A DNA stretch of 64,000 nucleotides, from positions 64,001 through 128,000 of IMG/VR virus record IMGVR_UViG_2974782369_000001; one strand, written 5' to 3'. A model generated the notes under the pieces. The model saw only the letters and a list, made by a program, of their open reading frames with translations, made no database searches and was not told where the DNA came from. Source of the DNA: a virus (lineage: Duplodnaviria > Caudoviricetes). The position numbers and the translations under genes were made by a program. Below are positions 1-8,407 of this stretch, one piece after another. Within the stretch, counting starts at the first letter, position 1. Each line of letters opens with the position of its first letter.

Positions 1-629
1 CCAGCATTACTTGTATCATCATCCCACTCCAATGTAAATTCAACATTGCCGCCAGCACCACCAACAATCAACTGAGATCCATCATCACTAAAAGCAACTG
101 TCATGGTATCAGTCTCTTCAGAGAAAGCATCTACAGGATAGGTAACTGGAGATGATCTTTCTACAGCATATTTTTTTATGTTTACTCCAGATCCATCTGT
201 GAAAATTGTTGGTCTGATATTAATATCTGGTCTATATGGGACACATGAATCTGGTCCAAGTCTAGGGACAAAAAACTCATCATCAATACCAAATCCCGCT
301 TGAGACTCTTCCTCCCAATTAAAACACACACCACTATTATTAATACATGTAGTGCCATTAAAATCACTGATGTCATCTACTGTAGTGACTGATCTGCAAT
401 CGTAGTATTCAATACTACCATCTGGAAGTGTCCTCTGCTTACACTCTGTCCTTAAAACGGATGGCACTTCTGCAGGAAAATTTCTATCTCTTCCATCTGT
501 AGGATCAATAGTAACAAATGGATCATCTAGAACAGCAACCTGCTCCACAGGAGGTCCTGCCTCTGCTCTAGCGGACGACCCAGGATCACAAAGAGGTCCA
601 AAATATCCTTCTGGTTGATAAAATGCCAT
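1..629 (-). CDS. N-terminal part of a probable virion structural/hypothetical protein (truncated by window edge)
   Basis: ATG at 629 (MAFYQPEGYFGPLCDP...), frame appears open towards the left edge; ATAAATA late promoter upstream. Not in the ORF track because it has no stop in the window. Confidence 0.7.
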   Translation of the reverse strand, partial: MAFYQPEGYFGPLCDPGSSARAEAGPPVEQVAVLDDPFVTIDPTDGRDRNFPAEVPSVLRTECKQRTLPDGSIEYYDCRSVTTVDDISDFNGTTCINNSGVCFNWEEESQAGFGIDDEFFVPRLGPDSCVPYRPDINIRPTIFTDGSGVNIKKYAVERSSPVTYPVDAFSEETDTMTVAFSDDGSQLIVGGAGGNVEFTLEWDDDTSNA

Positions 630-630
630 T

Positions 631-655
631 AAAAAAGAGGGGTCCTAACCCCTCT
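631..655 (-). terminator. Rho-independent terminator-like hairpin
   Basis: AGAGGGG-ttagga-CCCCTCT followed by a U-run on the minus strand. Confidence 0.6.
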
Positions 656-661
656 ATTTAT
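655..661 (-). promoter_or_regulatory. T4-type late promoter (ATAAATA)
   Basis: ATAAATA about 25 nt upstream of the ATG at 629. Confidence 0.55.
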
Positions 662-663
662 TT

Positions 664-1272
664 TTAAACTGTAAGAGCAGTGAGAGATGTCTGATCTCCA
701 AAGTCACCACTAGCAAATACATTAAATGCTAGAGATATTCTTTCACTATTTCCTTCGACTGGAGCAACATAATGTCTAAGATGAGATGGAAATAATAGCA
801 AATCACCTGTCTTAACAGGTAACCACCAATTCATAGAGTTATATAAGTTTGGTTTTACTGGGGGAATAGCAATATCTCTAGAAGATAAAACTTCATTATT
901 GAAATATATTCTATCCATATTACCAGCACTAAAGTAAAAGACACCAGAAATAATACTATTCATGTGTTTGTGTTTGTGATGAGATCCCCCAGGTGAAGTG
1001 TAGTTTAACCAAGACTGAGTAATTTTAAATAAAACTGAGTCATTGGGACAAATAATATTTTCAGAATACTGTCTTACTGCATCATCTATAAATTGTCGCA
1101 ACTCAGGAAAGGATTTATCTAAAACATAAGTTTCCTTTGTAACCCTATTGCCAGTATTGATATTCACCTGATCCGAATACAACTTAACTGTATCCAGATC
1201 TTTATTTGTAATTCCATCATACCGCAGTTGCACTACAGGTATTGGAAACAAATTGTGAATTACAACATTCAT
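664..1272 (-). CDS. 2OG-Fe(II) oxygenase (TIGR02466-like)
   Basis: SWLN...HxH (HKH), SGVFY, GDLLLFPSHLRHYV, RISLAFN motifs. Confidence 0.85.
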   Translation of the reverse strand: MNVVIHNLFPIPVVQLRYDGITNKDLDTVKLYSDQVNINTGNRVTKETYVLDKSFPELRQFIDDAVRQYSENIICPNDSVLFKITQSWLNYTSPGGSHHKHKHMNSIISGVFYFSAGNMDRIYFNNEVLSSRDIAIPPVKPNLYNSMNWWLPVKTGDLLLFPSHLRHYVAPVEGNSERISLAFNVFASGDFGDQTSLTALTV

Positions 1273-1772
1273 TTTTTAATTCTCATCTTGTATGCAAGAG
1301 TAACACGAAGTCCCGTAAACAATTTACTAATCGGCATTGCAAAGTGTGGGATAGTGCCCTTAAAATATATACCGCTATAGGGGAATGGATATACCATCTG
1401 AAGGTTACCGTCAATATTAAAACATGTCAGTCCACCATACTCAGGATTCCAATCCTCATTGCAGTAGATTATAAATGTCCTCCCATCTTCATCATCACAA
1501 TCCTGGTGAAAAAGACCATGCTCACCAGATGTGTATCCATTCATGTAGACTCTCTCAAGGATTAGATCATCTCCCGTCATGTCTTTGATTGCTTCAAAAA
1601 CAAACTTTCTATAGAAGGAATCGCTGTTGAGTTTTTGAATCCAAAACTTCATATCCAACCGATCATCTCTATCGTGGTGATCATATTCCCACTGAGGTTT
1701 CTTGATCGTTTCTTGAATATATTTTTGAGCATCTTCTGTTAAAAAGTCTGCGTATGATTTAAGATTGTCCAT
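1269..1772 (-). CDS. 2OG-Fe(II) oxygenase
   Basis: HQD facial-triad motif, WNPEYGG, distal PH and LRVTLAYK. Confidence 0.85.
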   Translation of the reverse strand: MDNLKSYADFLTEDAQKYIQETIKKPQWEYDHHDRDDRLDMKFWIQKLNSDSFYRKFVFEAIKDMTGDDLILERVYMNGYTSGEHGLFHQDCDDEDGRTFIIYCNEDWNPEYGGLTCFNIDGNLQMVYPFPYSGIYFKGTIPHFAMPISKLFTGLRVTLAYKMRIKK

Positions 1773-1773
1773 T

Positions 1774-1798
1774 AAAAAGAGGGTCGTTTCCGACCCTC
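1774..1798 (-). terminator. Terminator downstream of psbD
   Basis: GAGGGTCG-gaaa-CGACCCTC plus U-run. Confidence 0.75.
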
Positions 1799-1804
1799 AG
1801 TATA

Positions 1805-2860
1805 TCACAGAGCATTGCCTCTTGGCAACACCTCTTCAGGGAATACAAAGTTTTCGTGTGGTTGGTCTACTGGAGCCATCCAGGCACGGAGTCCTTCATT
1901 GAGGAGGATGTTTTTCGTATAGAAAGTTTCAAACTCTGGATCCTCTGCTGCTCTAACTTCCTGAGACACAAAGTCATAAGCACGAAGATTAAGTGCGAGA
2001 CCGATGATACCAATAGAACTTGTCCAAAGTCCCATGACAGGAACGAAAAGCATAAAGAAGTGAAGCCAACGCTTATTGCTGAAAGCAATACCAAAAATCT
2101 GAGACCAGAATCGGTTAGCAGTGACCATGGAATAAGTTTCCTCTTCCTGAGTCGTATCAAATGCCTTGAAAGTGTTTGCTTGCTCACCATCTTCATACAA
2201 AGTATTCTCTACTGTAACACCATGAATGGCAGAAAGCAATGCTCCGCCTAAGATACCTGCTACACCCATCATGTGAAATGGATTCAACGTCCAGTTGTGG
2301 AATCCTTGGAGGAAGAGGAGGAATCGGAAGATCGCCGCCACCCCGAAAGACGGTGCGAAGAACCACGACGACTGTCCCAGAGGATAGATAAGAAAAACAC
2401 TAACGAATACAGCAATAGGACCTGAGAAAGCAATAGCATTGTATGGTCTGATCCCTACGAGACGTGAGATTTCAAACTGCCGAAGCATAAAACCTATGAG
2501 AGCAAAGGCTCCGTGGAGCGCCACAAAAGCCCAGAGTCCCCCAAGTTGGAGCCAGCGGACGAAATCTCCCTGAGACTCAGGACCCCAAAGTAGAAGAAGA
2601 GAATGACCCATAGCGTCAGCAGGAGTTGACACAGCTGCCGTGAGAAAATTAGCACCCTCAAGATAGGAAGACGCGAGTCCGTGGGTATACCATGACGTAA
2701 CAAACGTCGTGCCAGTAAGCCAGCCACCAATTGCCAGATAAGCAGTGGGAAAAAGTAGTAGTCCAGACCAACCCACAAATACAAAGCGGTCTCGTTTAAG
2801 CCAGTCATCGAGGACATCAAACCACCCCCTTGTTGGTGCTTGTAGTGTACTTGTTGTCAT
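1805..2860 (-). CDS. psbD: Photosystem II D2 protein
   Basis: 351 aa; [16 protein letters not shown] ... [10 protein letters not shown]. Confidence 0.99.
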   Translation of the reverse strand: MTTSTLQAPTRGWFDVLDDWLKRDRFVFVGWSGLLLFPTAYLAIGGWLTGTTFVTSWYTHGLASSYLEGANFLTAAVSTPADAMGHSLLLLWGPESQGDFVRWLQLGGLWAFVALHGAFALIGFMLRQFEISRLVGIRPYNAIAFSGPIAVFVSVFLIYPLGQSSWFFAPSFGVAAIFRFLLFLQGFHNWTLNPFHMMGVAGILGGALLSAIHGVTVENTLYEDGEQANTFKAFDTTQEEETYSMVTANRFWSQIFGIAFSNKRWLHFFMLFVPVMGLWTSSIGIIGLALNLRAYDFVSQEVRAAEDPEFETFYTKNILLNEGLRAWMAPVDQPHENFVFPEEVLPRGNAL

Positions 2861-2957
2861 TTGTTTTTTCCTTAGTTTCTTTTTTTAACCAGTATAACTG
2901 AGGCCAAGTATCCATGATAATCTCACGCATTTTAGATGGCGTGTTATCTTGAATCAT
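2817..2957 (-). CDS. Small hypothetical protein (46 aa, [23 protein letters not shown]...)
   Basis: Manually translated; ATG overlaps the stop of the upstream ORF; 3' end overlaps the psbD start. Confidence 0.45.
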   Translation of the reverse strand: MIQDNTPSKMREIIMDTWPQLYWLKKETKEKTNDNKYTTSTNKGVV

Positions 2958-3136
2958 TTTACCTTATCATAGATTGAAGAGTCACCATAATCTCGGTGAA
3001 GTTTATACCCAACCACAGCACCCTTGGTATTCATCAGTGCTGGCATAAAAACGATAGTGAAGAAAACTGCTGGTGCTCCTACAAACAGGAGAGCAACGAT
3101 CACATAATAAGTAAGCAATTCAACGAGGTCAGGCAT
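2954..3136 (-). CDS. Small membrane protein between psbA and psbD
   Basis: 60 aa with a long hydrophobic segment. Confidence 0.65.
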   Translation of the reverse strand: MPDLVELLTYYVIVALLFVGAPAVFFTIVFMPALMNTKGAVVGYKLHRDYGDSSIYDKVK

Positions 3137-3160
3137 AATAAAACTTTACATTGTTGGTGA

Positions 3161-3186
3161 AAAAGAAAGGGGACCGAAGTCCCCTT
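3161..3186 (-). terminator. Terminator downstream of psbA
   Basis: AAGGGGAC-ttcg-GTCCCCTT plus U-rich tail. Confidence 0.8.
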
Positions 3187-3228
3187 AGTTGTTTTCTTAA
3201 TAAACGATGTTTATTAGGAATCCGAGTA

Positions 3229-4308
3229 TCAACCGATAGCAGGTGCTTGAAGTGCCACAGGAGTGGACTCAGCAGCAGCAAGGTCAAGAGGGAAGTTGTG
3301 AGCGTTACGCTCGTGCATGACTTCCATACCCAGACCAGCACGGTTGAGGACATCTGCCCAAGTGTTGAGCACACGACCCTGACCATCGATGATGGACTGG
3401 TTGAAGTTGAAACCATTCAGGTTGAATGCCATGGTGCTAACGCCCAGTGCAGTAAACCAGATACCGACAACAGGCCAAGCAGCAAGGAAGAAGTGTAGCG
3501 AACGAGAGTTGTTGAACGAAGCATACTGGAAGATCAGACGACCGAAATAACCATGAGCAGCAACGATGTTATAAGTCTCTTCTTCTTGACCAAACTTGTA
3601 ACCATAGTTTTGGGACTCGTTTTCGGTAGTCTCACGGACCAGCGAAGAGGTAACCAGACTACCATGCATTGCCGAGAAGAGAGATCCACCGAAGACACCA
3701 GCCACACCAAGCATATGGAAGGGGTGCATCAGGATGTTGTGCTCTGCTTGGAAAACAAGCATGTAGTTGAAGGTGCCGCTGATACCCAGAGGCATTGCAT
3801 CGGAGAAAGAACCTTGACCGAAAGGATAGACCAGGAAGACGGCGCTAGCAGCAGCAACAGGTGCGCTGTAAGCAACACAGATCCAAGGACGCATACCAAG
3901 ACGGTAAGACAATTCCCACTCACGACCCATATAAGCATAGATGCCAATCAGGAAGTGGAAGATAACAAGTTGGAAAGGACCACCATTGTAGAGCCACTCG
4001 TCGAGAGACGCTGCTTCCCAAATAGGATAGAAGTGAAGTCCGATTGCGTTAGAAGAGGGGACAACAGCACCAGAGATGATGTTGTTACCATACATGAGCG
4101 AGCCAGCAACGGGTTCGCGGATGCCGTCGATGTCCACAGGGGGAGCACCGATGAAGGCGATGATGAAACAAGTGGTTGCTGCCAGCAGGCAGGGGATCAT
4201 CAGGACGCCAAACCAACCGACATAAAGACGGTTATCGGTTGAGGTAACCCAGTTGCAGAATTGCTCCCAGGCATTAGTAGAACGTTGTTGTGAAAGAGTT
4301 GCAGTCAT
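3229..4308 (-). CDS. psbA: Photosystem II D1 protein (high-light-type Glu in GREWE)
   Basis: 359 aa, uninterrupted; [13 protein letters not shown] ... [13 protein letters not shown]. Confidence 0.99.
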   Translation of the reverse strand: MTATLSQQRSTNAWEQFCNWVTSTDNRLYVGWFGVLMIPCLLAATTCFIIAFIGAPPVDIDGIREPVAGSLMYGNNIISGAVVPSSNAIGLHFYPIWEAASLDEWLYNGGPFQLVIFHFLIGIYAYMGREWELSYRLGMRPWICVAYSAPVAAASAVFLVYPFGQGSFSDAMPLGISGTFNYMLVFQAEHNILMHPFHMLGVAGVFGGSLFSAMHGSLVTSSLVRETTENESQNYGYKFGQEEETYNIVAAHGYFGRLIFQYASFNNSRSLHFFLAAWPVVGIWFTALGVSTMAFNLNGFNFNQSIIDGQGRVLNTWADVLNRAGLGMEVMHERNAHNFPLDLAAAESTPVALQAPAIG

Positions 4309-4325
4309 TGTAATTAAACAGGTAG

Positions 4326-4430
4326 TAAGACCATCAGGGAAATGGTGGAGTTACTATGCTCCCCGCACCCTCAGCGGGGATATGAGAGACGGATTGGTAA
4401 CCCTGCCTAGTCTCGGTCAAGCGGCAGGGG
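4326..4430 (-). ncRNA. PhotoRC-II-like structured 5' leader of psbA
   Basis: Stems CCCUGCC/GGCAGGG (loop GAGAC can pair with downstream GUCUC), UCCCCGC/GCGGGGA and ACCAU/AUGGU just upstream of psbA; the position matches the known cyanophage motif. Confidence 0.75.
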
Positions 4431-4468
4431 CGGTAACAAAACTCAAAGGTCCGTTACATTTGTTTACC

Positions 4469-4502
4469 TATTTATCATAATACGGATTTCCGTATTTGTC
4501 AA
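4469..4502 (-). promoter_or_regulatory. psbA dual promoter: sigma70 TTGACA-17-TATGAT overlapping late ATAAATA
   Basis: -35 at 4497-4502, -10 at 4474-4479, ATAAATA at 4469-4475. Confidence 0.75.
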
Positions 4503-4936
4503 TGGAATTGTCGGATACCTGTGCCAGATGTCCAACCGCCTGGTCCTTCGTGGAAGTTTTCCGATCCGCCAGGAGGATCCAACTGAAGAGTAGTAGCACT
4601 GCCTTTGGTGGCAATCTCATACATCTTCTGATGAATGTCCGATGATTCTACCACATGGTCACTCTCATCGGCAAGGATTTGATTGTCTGCAATCGCTTGC
4701 TCGTGTGCTTCTTTGACTGTCAGTTGCTTCTCGGAAAACACAGGAGCAGGAAACCAGGGATCTTCAGGAAGATAATCGGGAGCGGGCACACCAGTATATG
4801 CCTCTCTTTCCCTCACTTCTTCTTCAATCCACTCTTCATAGTTAGTGGTATCTTCATCTACAGTTGGAGATTTTGTAACTTCAATTGTAGTGAAGGATGC
4901 AATGGTTTCCTTTAGTTTGCGAATGATCATGACCAT
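4499..4936 (-). CDS. Hypothetical acidic protein
   Basis: 145-aa ORF tightly packed with its neighbours. Confidence 0.7.
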   Translation of the reverse strand: MVMIIRKLKETIASFTTIEVTKSPTVDEDTTNYEEWIEEEVREREAYTGVPAPDYLPEDPWFPAPVFSEKQLTVKEAHEQAIADNQILADESDHVVESSDIHQKMYEIATKGSATTLQLDPPGGSENFHEGPGGWTSGTGIRQFH

Positions 4937-5538
4937 ACAAGTTTCTTAGTGTAATCGTAAGCATACTTTTCACGATGACCTTTAATGCCCCAACCCAACC
5001 AGTAATATGCTCCAACCATATACTGTGTTACAGTCTGACCAGGACCTTCAAATTCGGGAAGGTATTTCTGGAAGGTATACTCGTTAATCATGTATGCGGT
5101 TTGTCCCTCAAGACTAGAGGGGTCGTATCCATACTTCTTAGCGAAACGTCCTAACCCCAGATAACGGTTCGTAGAGGTCCACTGAATGAGTCCGTAACCA
5201 CCGCGAAGGCAACGATCGTAAGGAACTCTAGCACCTCCCTCGCAAATGTTGGGATGGAAGTTGCTCTCCGATTTAATGTTTCCCATGATCGTTGCAAGGG
5301 CATTGCGATCGGAGATTTTTGTTTTCTTTTGGAGTTGCTCAAGGACATATTTCTCGTTAGTGTTACATCCAGGGCACTTCCAGGACTTTTCTACCACTTG
5401 AATCGGCACTGCCTTTTCTTTGTTAACTGTCACATCAACTTCAGGAGGATTTTTGATTTCGCTGATACTTGGATAGGCACAAGCAGCAAGCGGAATCATT
5501 GTTGCCGTAGCAAGAGGAAGAATTTTGTTAAAAAGCAT
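4927..5538 (-). CDS. Phage tail-lysozyme-family (lysozyme-2-like) protein with a lipoprotein signal
   Basis: ATIMGNIKSES and GYGLIQWT motifs; N-terminal hydrophobic stretch ending LAAC; start placed at MLFNK (track start 5559). Confidence 0.7.
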   Translation of the reverse strand: MLFNKILPLATATMIPLAACAYPSISEIKNPPEVDVTVNKEKAVPIQVVEKSWKCPGCNTNEKYVLEQLQKKTKISDRNALATIMGNIKSESNFHPNICEGGARVPYDRCLRGGYGLIQWTSTNRYLGLGRFAKKYGYDPSSLEGQTAYMINEYTFQKYLPEFEGPGQTVTQYMVGAYYWLGWGIKGHREKYAYDYTKKLVWS

Positions 5539-5602
5539 TAGAATAATAGAACTCAGCATTCACTGCCACGAGAAATGATTCGATAAGTGACTCAGAGTAT
5601 GT

Positions 5603-5647
5603 ATAATAGCAAAAAAATAGAGGGGTGTCAACTGGATTGTGCCAGTT
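5603..5647 (-). promoter_or_regulatory. Early promoter TTGACA-17-TATTAT with upstream AACTGGCAC element
   Basis: Direct sequence match; the element starts 39 nt upstream of the -10 box. Confidence 0.7.
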
Positions 5648-5696
5648 ACCCCTCCGTCTGCGCCGACGATATTCAATTGTATTTAGTCACGATGTA

Positions 5697-5780
5697 TCAT
5701 GACAGCATTGGTGCAAGGACTGCCCAACTAAAAAGAGAAGATACTGATCCAAAGAGTAAGGTTGTCGTAGTAAAAGACAT
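5697..5780 (-). CDS. 27-aa hydrophobic micro-protein (MSFTTTTLLFGSVSSLFSWAVLAPMLS)
   Basis: Manual translation; single-TM composition. Confidence 0.4.
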   Translation of the reverse strand: MSFTTTTLLFGSVSSLFSWAVLAPMLS

Positions 5781-5844
5781 ATTTACTAAAGGCAAACTTC
5801 ATAATTATGTATGTATCATAGTGATACAAAACATGTATCTATTT

Positions 5845-5925
5845 TTACTCTTCCCCAGATTGTGTTAGCATTGCAGCACCAAAGAAAGTGCCAAAAAGAA
5901 TTACTGCCGTTGCAAAAAGTGCCAT
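5845..5925 (-). CDS. 26-aa single-TM micro-protein (MALFATAVILFGTFFGAAMLTQSGEE)
   Basis: Manual translation; TAAATA late-promoter-like motif just upstream. Confidence 0.5.
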   Translation of the reverse strand: MALFATAVILFGTFFGAAMLTQSGEE

Positions 5926-5958
5926 CGGACTATCTATAGAAGAGTAGGTATTTATTCC

Positions 5959-6108
5959 TTACTCTGTATCTTTTTTTACTTTTATGATGATTTGATCATT
6001 TTCAAAGTCTGCTTTAAATTCCAGAGGTTTATCTGCTGGCCAACATAACTCTTCGTAAAGCATGTTGAGAGTTTCCATATCTTGATAGAGATCGGTTACG
6101 TCAGACAT
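5959..6108 (-). CDS. Hypothetical protein
   Basis: Start placed at MSDVTDLY, overlapping the stop of the upstream gene. Confidence 0.65.
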   Translation of the reverse strand: MSDVTDLYQDMETLNMLYEELCWPADKPLEFKADFENDQIIIKVKKDTE

Positions 6109-6391
6109 ATTGATCAAACAGTTTACGGATAGATTGTGTGATTTGCATCCCACCTGTATATTTACCTAACATAGTGCCCTCAGAGTCGGTAACAACCAAT
6201 ACAGGAGTGGCAGTTACCCCATACTTTTTAGCAATAGCAAGGTTTTCTTCGGGGATGGGGATGTCACTGAAGTCTTCTAGTTGAATTTCTTCGATGACTT
6301 CAGTGCGATCATCCTTAAGTGCTTTCATGTATTTTTTAACTAGACCACAAGGACCGCACGAATCCTTGGTAAACATCAAGAAACGATTCAC
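6101..6391 (-). CDS. Glutaredoxin/thioredoxin-like protein
   Basis: CGPC active site and TP cis-Pro motif. Confidence 0.85.
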   Translation of the reverse strand: MNRFLMFTKDSCGPCGLVKKYMKALKDDRTEVIEEIQLEDFSDIPIPEENLAIAKKYGVTATPVLVVTDSEGTMLGKYTGGMQITQSIRKLFDQYV

Positions 6392-6498
6392 CAGATGCCA
6401 GGAATAACTTGACCAGTGGTGAAGTATGCACCAAGAGCAGCAACGAAACCGATCATTGCAGCACGTCCATTCAGTTTTTCTGCTTTGTCATTAAACAT
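6388..6498 (-). CDS. hli: High-light inducible protein (36 aa)
   Basis: MFNDKAEKLNGRAAMIGF...TGQVIPGIW; below the track cutoff. Confidence 0.95.
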   Translation of the reverse strand: MFNDKAEKLNGRAAMIGFVAALGAYFTTGQVIPGIW

Positions 6499-6499
6499 T

Positions 6500-6586
6500 T
6501 TAGTAAGTCTCCGAAAGTTGTTGTACAGAATAACCAAGCAACACAAAGAAAGCGATGCTGGTTGCGGTAAAGATTACTTCAGTCAT
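6500..6586 (-). CDS. 28-aa single-TM micro-protein between the hli genes (MTEVIFTATSIAFFVLLGYSVQQLSETY)
   Basis: Fills the gap exactly, with a TGATG stop/start overlap. Confidence 0.65.
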   Translation of the reverse strand: MTEVIFTATSIAFFVLLGYSVQQLSETY

Positions 6587-6789
6587 CAGAAGATGCCAAA
6601 GAAAAACTTACCAGTGATAGCATAAGAAAGGAAACCCGAGACAATGCCCATCATAGCCCAGCGTCCATTATAACGCTCGATGTATTGCTGAGGGGAATCC
6701 AAACCTTTACGGTTGTATTCTTCAACAACCATTTGGGGCTCTTTGGCAAAGAGATTATTTTGTCCGAGCTCATTGGTTGTAACAGTCAT
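6586..6789 (-). CDS. hli: High-light inducible protein
   Basis: QNNLFAKEP N-terminus, ERYNGRWAMMG, TGKFFFGIF. Confidence 0.95.
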   Translation of the reverse strand: MTVTTNELGQNNLFAKEPQMVVEEYNRKGLDSPQQYIERYNGRWAMMGIVSGFLSYAITGKFFFGIF

Positions 6790-6814
6790 GGTCTTTGTAA
6801 CGATTTATGACATA

Positions 6815-6843
6815 ATTATATAGCAATTATAAAATTTTGTCAA
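6815..6843 (-). promoter_or_regulatory. Perfect sigma70 promoter for the hli operon
   Basis: TTGACA-17 nt-TATAAT. Confidence 0.85.
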
Positions 6844-6871
6844 GACCTTGAATGTTTTGGTTTCCTTATGA

Positions 6872-6953
6872 TACACATGAGAGGACTTGAACCTCCACAG
6901 ATTGCTCTACTGGAACCTAAACCCAGCGCGTCTACCAATTCCGCCACATGTGC
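6872..6953 (-). tRNA. tRNA-Leu(TAG)
   Basis: Acceptor GCACATG/CATGTGT, anticodon arm CTGGG-ttTAGgt-TCCAG, long variable arm, GGTTCAAGTCC T-arm; no encoded CCA. Confidence 0.95.
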
Positions 6954-6954
6954 G

Positions 6955-7270
6955 TGTGCTGGTTTTGACTGGACCAGAAACCAGGCGGGGTAACCCCATC
7001 CGCACCACCTGCTTTTGAGAGAAGCAGGAAACTCCGAGGGGTCGAAGACCCATCCCGACCAGGGTTGTTAACGTGTCTCCATCACGGGCATATTAGGGAT
7101 GACTCCACCAGTGTTTTTAACGTCTTTCCATGACGGGGCGGGGGCGCTAACCCCCCATGCACGCCACCAATTCTTTACAAGGAAAAATTGGAAACCTCGC
7201 GTCAACGAGTGTATAAACATCTCTCATGCGTTGAAAACCATCTAGTTTAAAGTCTATTGGCAAAGACTAG
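6955..7270 (-). ncRNA. Structured RNA, manA-like, built from repeated pseudoknot/hairpin modules upstream of tRNA-Leu
   Basis: ORF-free 310-nt region with three H-type pseudoknots, UGGYG motifs and two similar hairpin modules; family name from memory of tRNA-adjacent cyanophage RNAs. Confidence 0.6.
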
Positions 7271-7545
7271 GAAAATGTAATAACATCTTGACCGAGATCA
7301 AGATCTACTGGACCAGCGGCGTAAACATTATAGTCGGGATCATACCCATTCACAATGTCTTCGTAACTTAGTTTGATACTATCTTCCTCAGTTACCTTTT
7401 CGGAAATTGCTTTCATTCCAAGGTAGTGTCTCCAAACTTCAGAGAGATCATTTTGATTAAAATTTGGATCATCTATTGCAGACTTAAGTGCTACTCGGAT
7501 AGCATCAACTGCTTTTTTGAAGTCTTTTTTAAGTGTCATTTGCAA
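7267..7545 (-). CDS. Hypothetical protein
   Basis: ORF with operon-like overlap. Confidence 0.7.
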   Translation of the reverse strand: MQMTLKKDFKKAVDAIRVALKSAIDDPNFNQNDLSEVWRHYLGMKAISEKVTEEDSIKLSYEDIVNGYDPDYNVYAAGPVDLDLGQDVITFS

Positions 7546-8168
7546 GATGGTTGTAGGTTTACTCTTCCAGTGTTTTGTCCAATTACACCTTCAACAAAAT
7601 AGTTGAATGCTAAACAATATCTATTTTCGTTAGATCTATTTACTTCGGTGTAATGGGTAAGGTGAGATGGAAAAATGAATAAATCATTTTTTGTTAGTGG
7701 AAATCCATAAGTTTTTGAATTCCACATATTCATCTCCTTTACCTCGGGAGATACTGTGGTGGTGCAGTAGGTAGGTATCTCTTGAGGATACCAGAAGATA
7801 AGTCCACCACCATTTTGAGGAGCATTCAGATAGTATACACCACTATAGCATGAATTGCTATGAGAATGTTTCTGTGAATACTCTCCAGGTTTATGAAGAT
7901 TAATCCAAGAAGATGCGTGAGTAAGTTTTCCTTGTGAGAATTGAAGGATATCATTATATTTTACATTGATAACTTTCTCTATTTCTACTCTAAGATCTTT
8001 AAAAATATCCTCTAAAAGAATATTTTGATTAACACTACCATGACCATTACCACTAGTGTATTGATAATAATCAAGTGACTCAAGATATTTTAAGTCAATG
8101 TTAGACGCAACAGTTGCTTTTACAACTGGTGTGGAAAAAAGTGGGATTACTTCTAGTTGCATAATCAA
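7536..8168 (-). CDS. 2OG-Fe(II) oxygenase (TIGR02466-like)
   Basis: SWIN, HSH, SGVYY, FPSHLTH, RYCLAFN. Confidence 0.85.
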   Translation of the reverse strand: MIMQLEVIPLFSTPVVKATVASNIDLKYLESLDYYQYTSGNGHGSVNQNILLEDIFKDLRVEIEKVINVKYNDILQFSQGKLTHASSWINLHKPGEYSQKHSHSNSCYSGVYYLNAPQNGGGLIFWYPQEIPTYCTTTVSPEVKEMNMWNSKTYGFPLTKNDLFIFPSHLTHYTEVNRSNENRYCLAFNYFVEGVIGQNTGRVNLQPSCK

Positions 8169-8407
8169 GTATATTTTCGATAAGCACCCACTTCAGGATC
8201 TGGGTCTAACCATTTGGTATATTCAAAGTCTTCCATAGCGGTATCAATTTGCATACCGTTGTCACAGAGATACATGTCTCTATAACGTTTGGTCCACTCA
8301 TGAAATTTTTGGATTCGATAGTCGGGATACCCGTTGTCGAGCATCCCAACAGAGACATATCGATAAGGAAACCGTTCTAGAAGAACATTCACATCATGCA
8401 TAATCAA
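8165..8407 (-). CDS. Cyanophage hypothetical protein
   Basis: 80-aa ORF (RFPYRYV...PDYRIQK...KWLDP), overlaps its neighbours. Confidence 0.75.
   Translation of the reverse strand: MIMHDVNVLLERFPYRYVSVGMLDNGYPDYRIQKFHEWTKRYRDMYLCDNGMQIDTAMEDFEYTKWLDPDPEVGAYRKYT

Noticed and set aside
1730-1772. Capsid-targeting sequence on the 167-aa oxygenase (LKSYADFLTE)
   Set aside because: It matches the usual 'xxDxFLxxE' first strand and helix of 2OG-Fe(II) oxygenases, so the resemblance is probably coincidental.
1805-4308. Group I intron or homing endonuclease in or between psbA and psbD
   Set aside because: Both genes are full length and uninterrupted; the spacer holds only two small ORFs and a terminator.
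5610-5690. Stand-alone sRNA hairpin (GAGGGGU-AACUGG...CCAGUU-ACCCCUC plus U-run)
   Set aside because: Largely explained as a terminator overlapping the early promoter (the AACTG element and -35 box are inside it); a short late RNA cannot be excluded but has no independent support.
5812-5828. Canonical NtcA site
   Set aside because: The spacing is GTA-N9-TAC, not N8; kept only as a low-interest palindrome.
6955-7200. CRISPR-like mini-array
   Set aside because: The repeats conserve structure rather than sequence and have no regular unique spacers; there are no cas genes.
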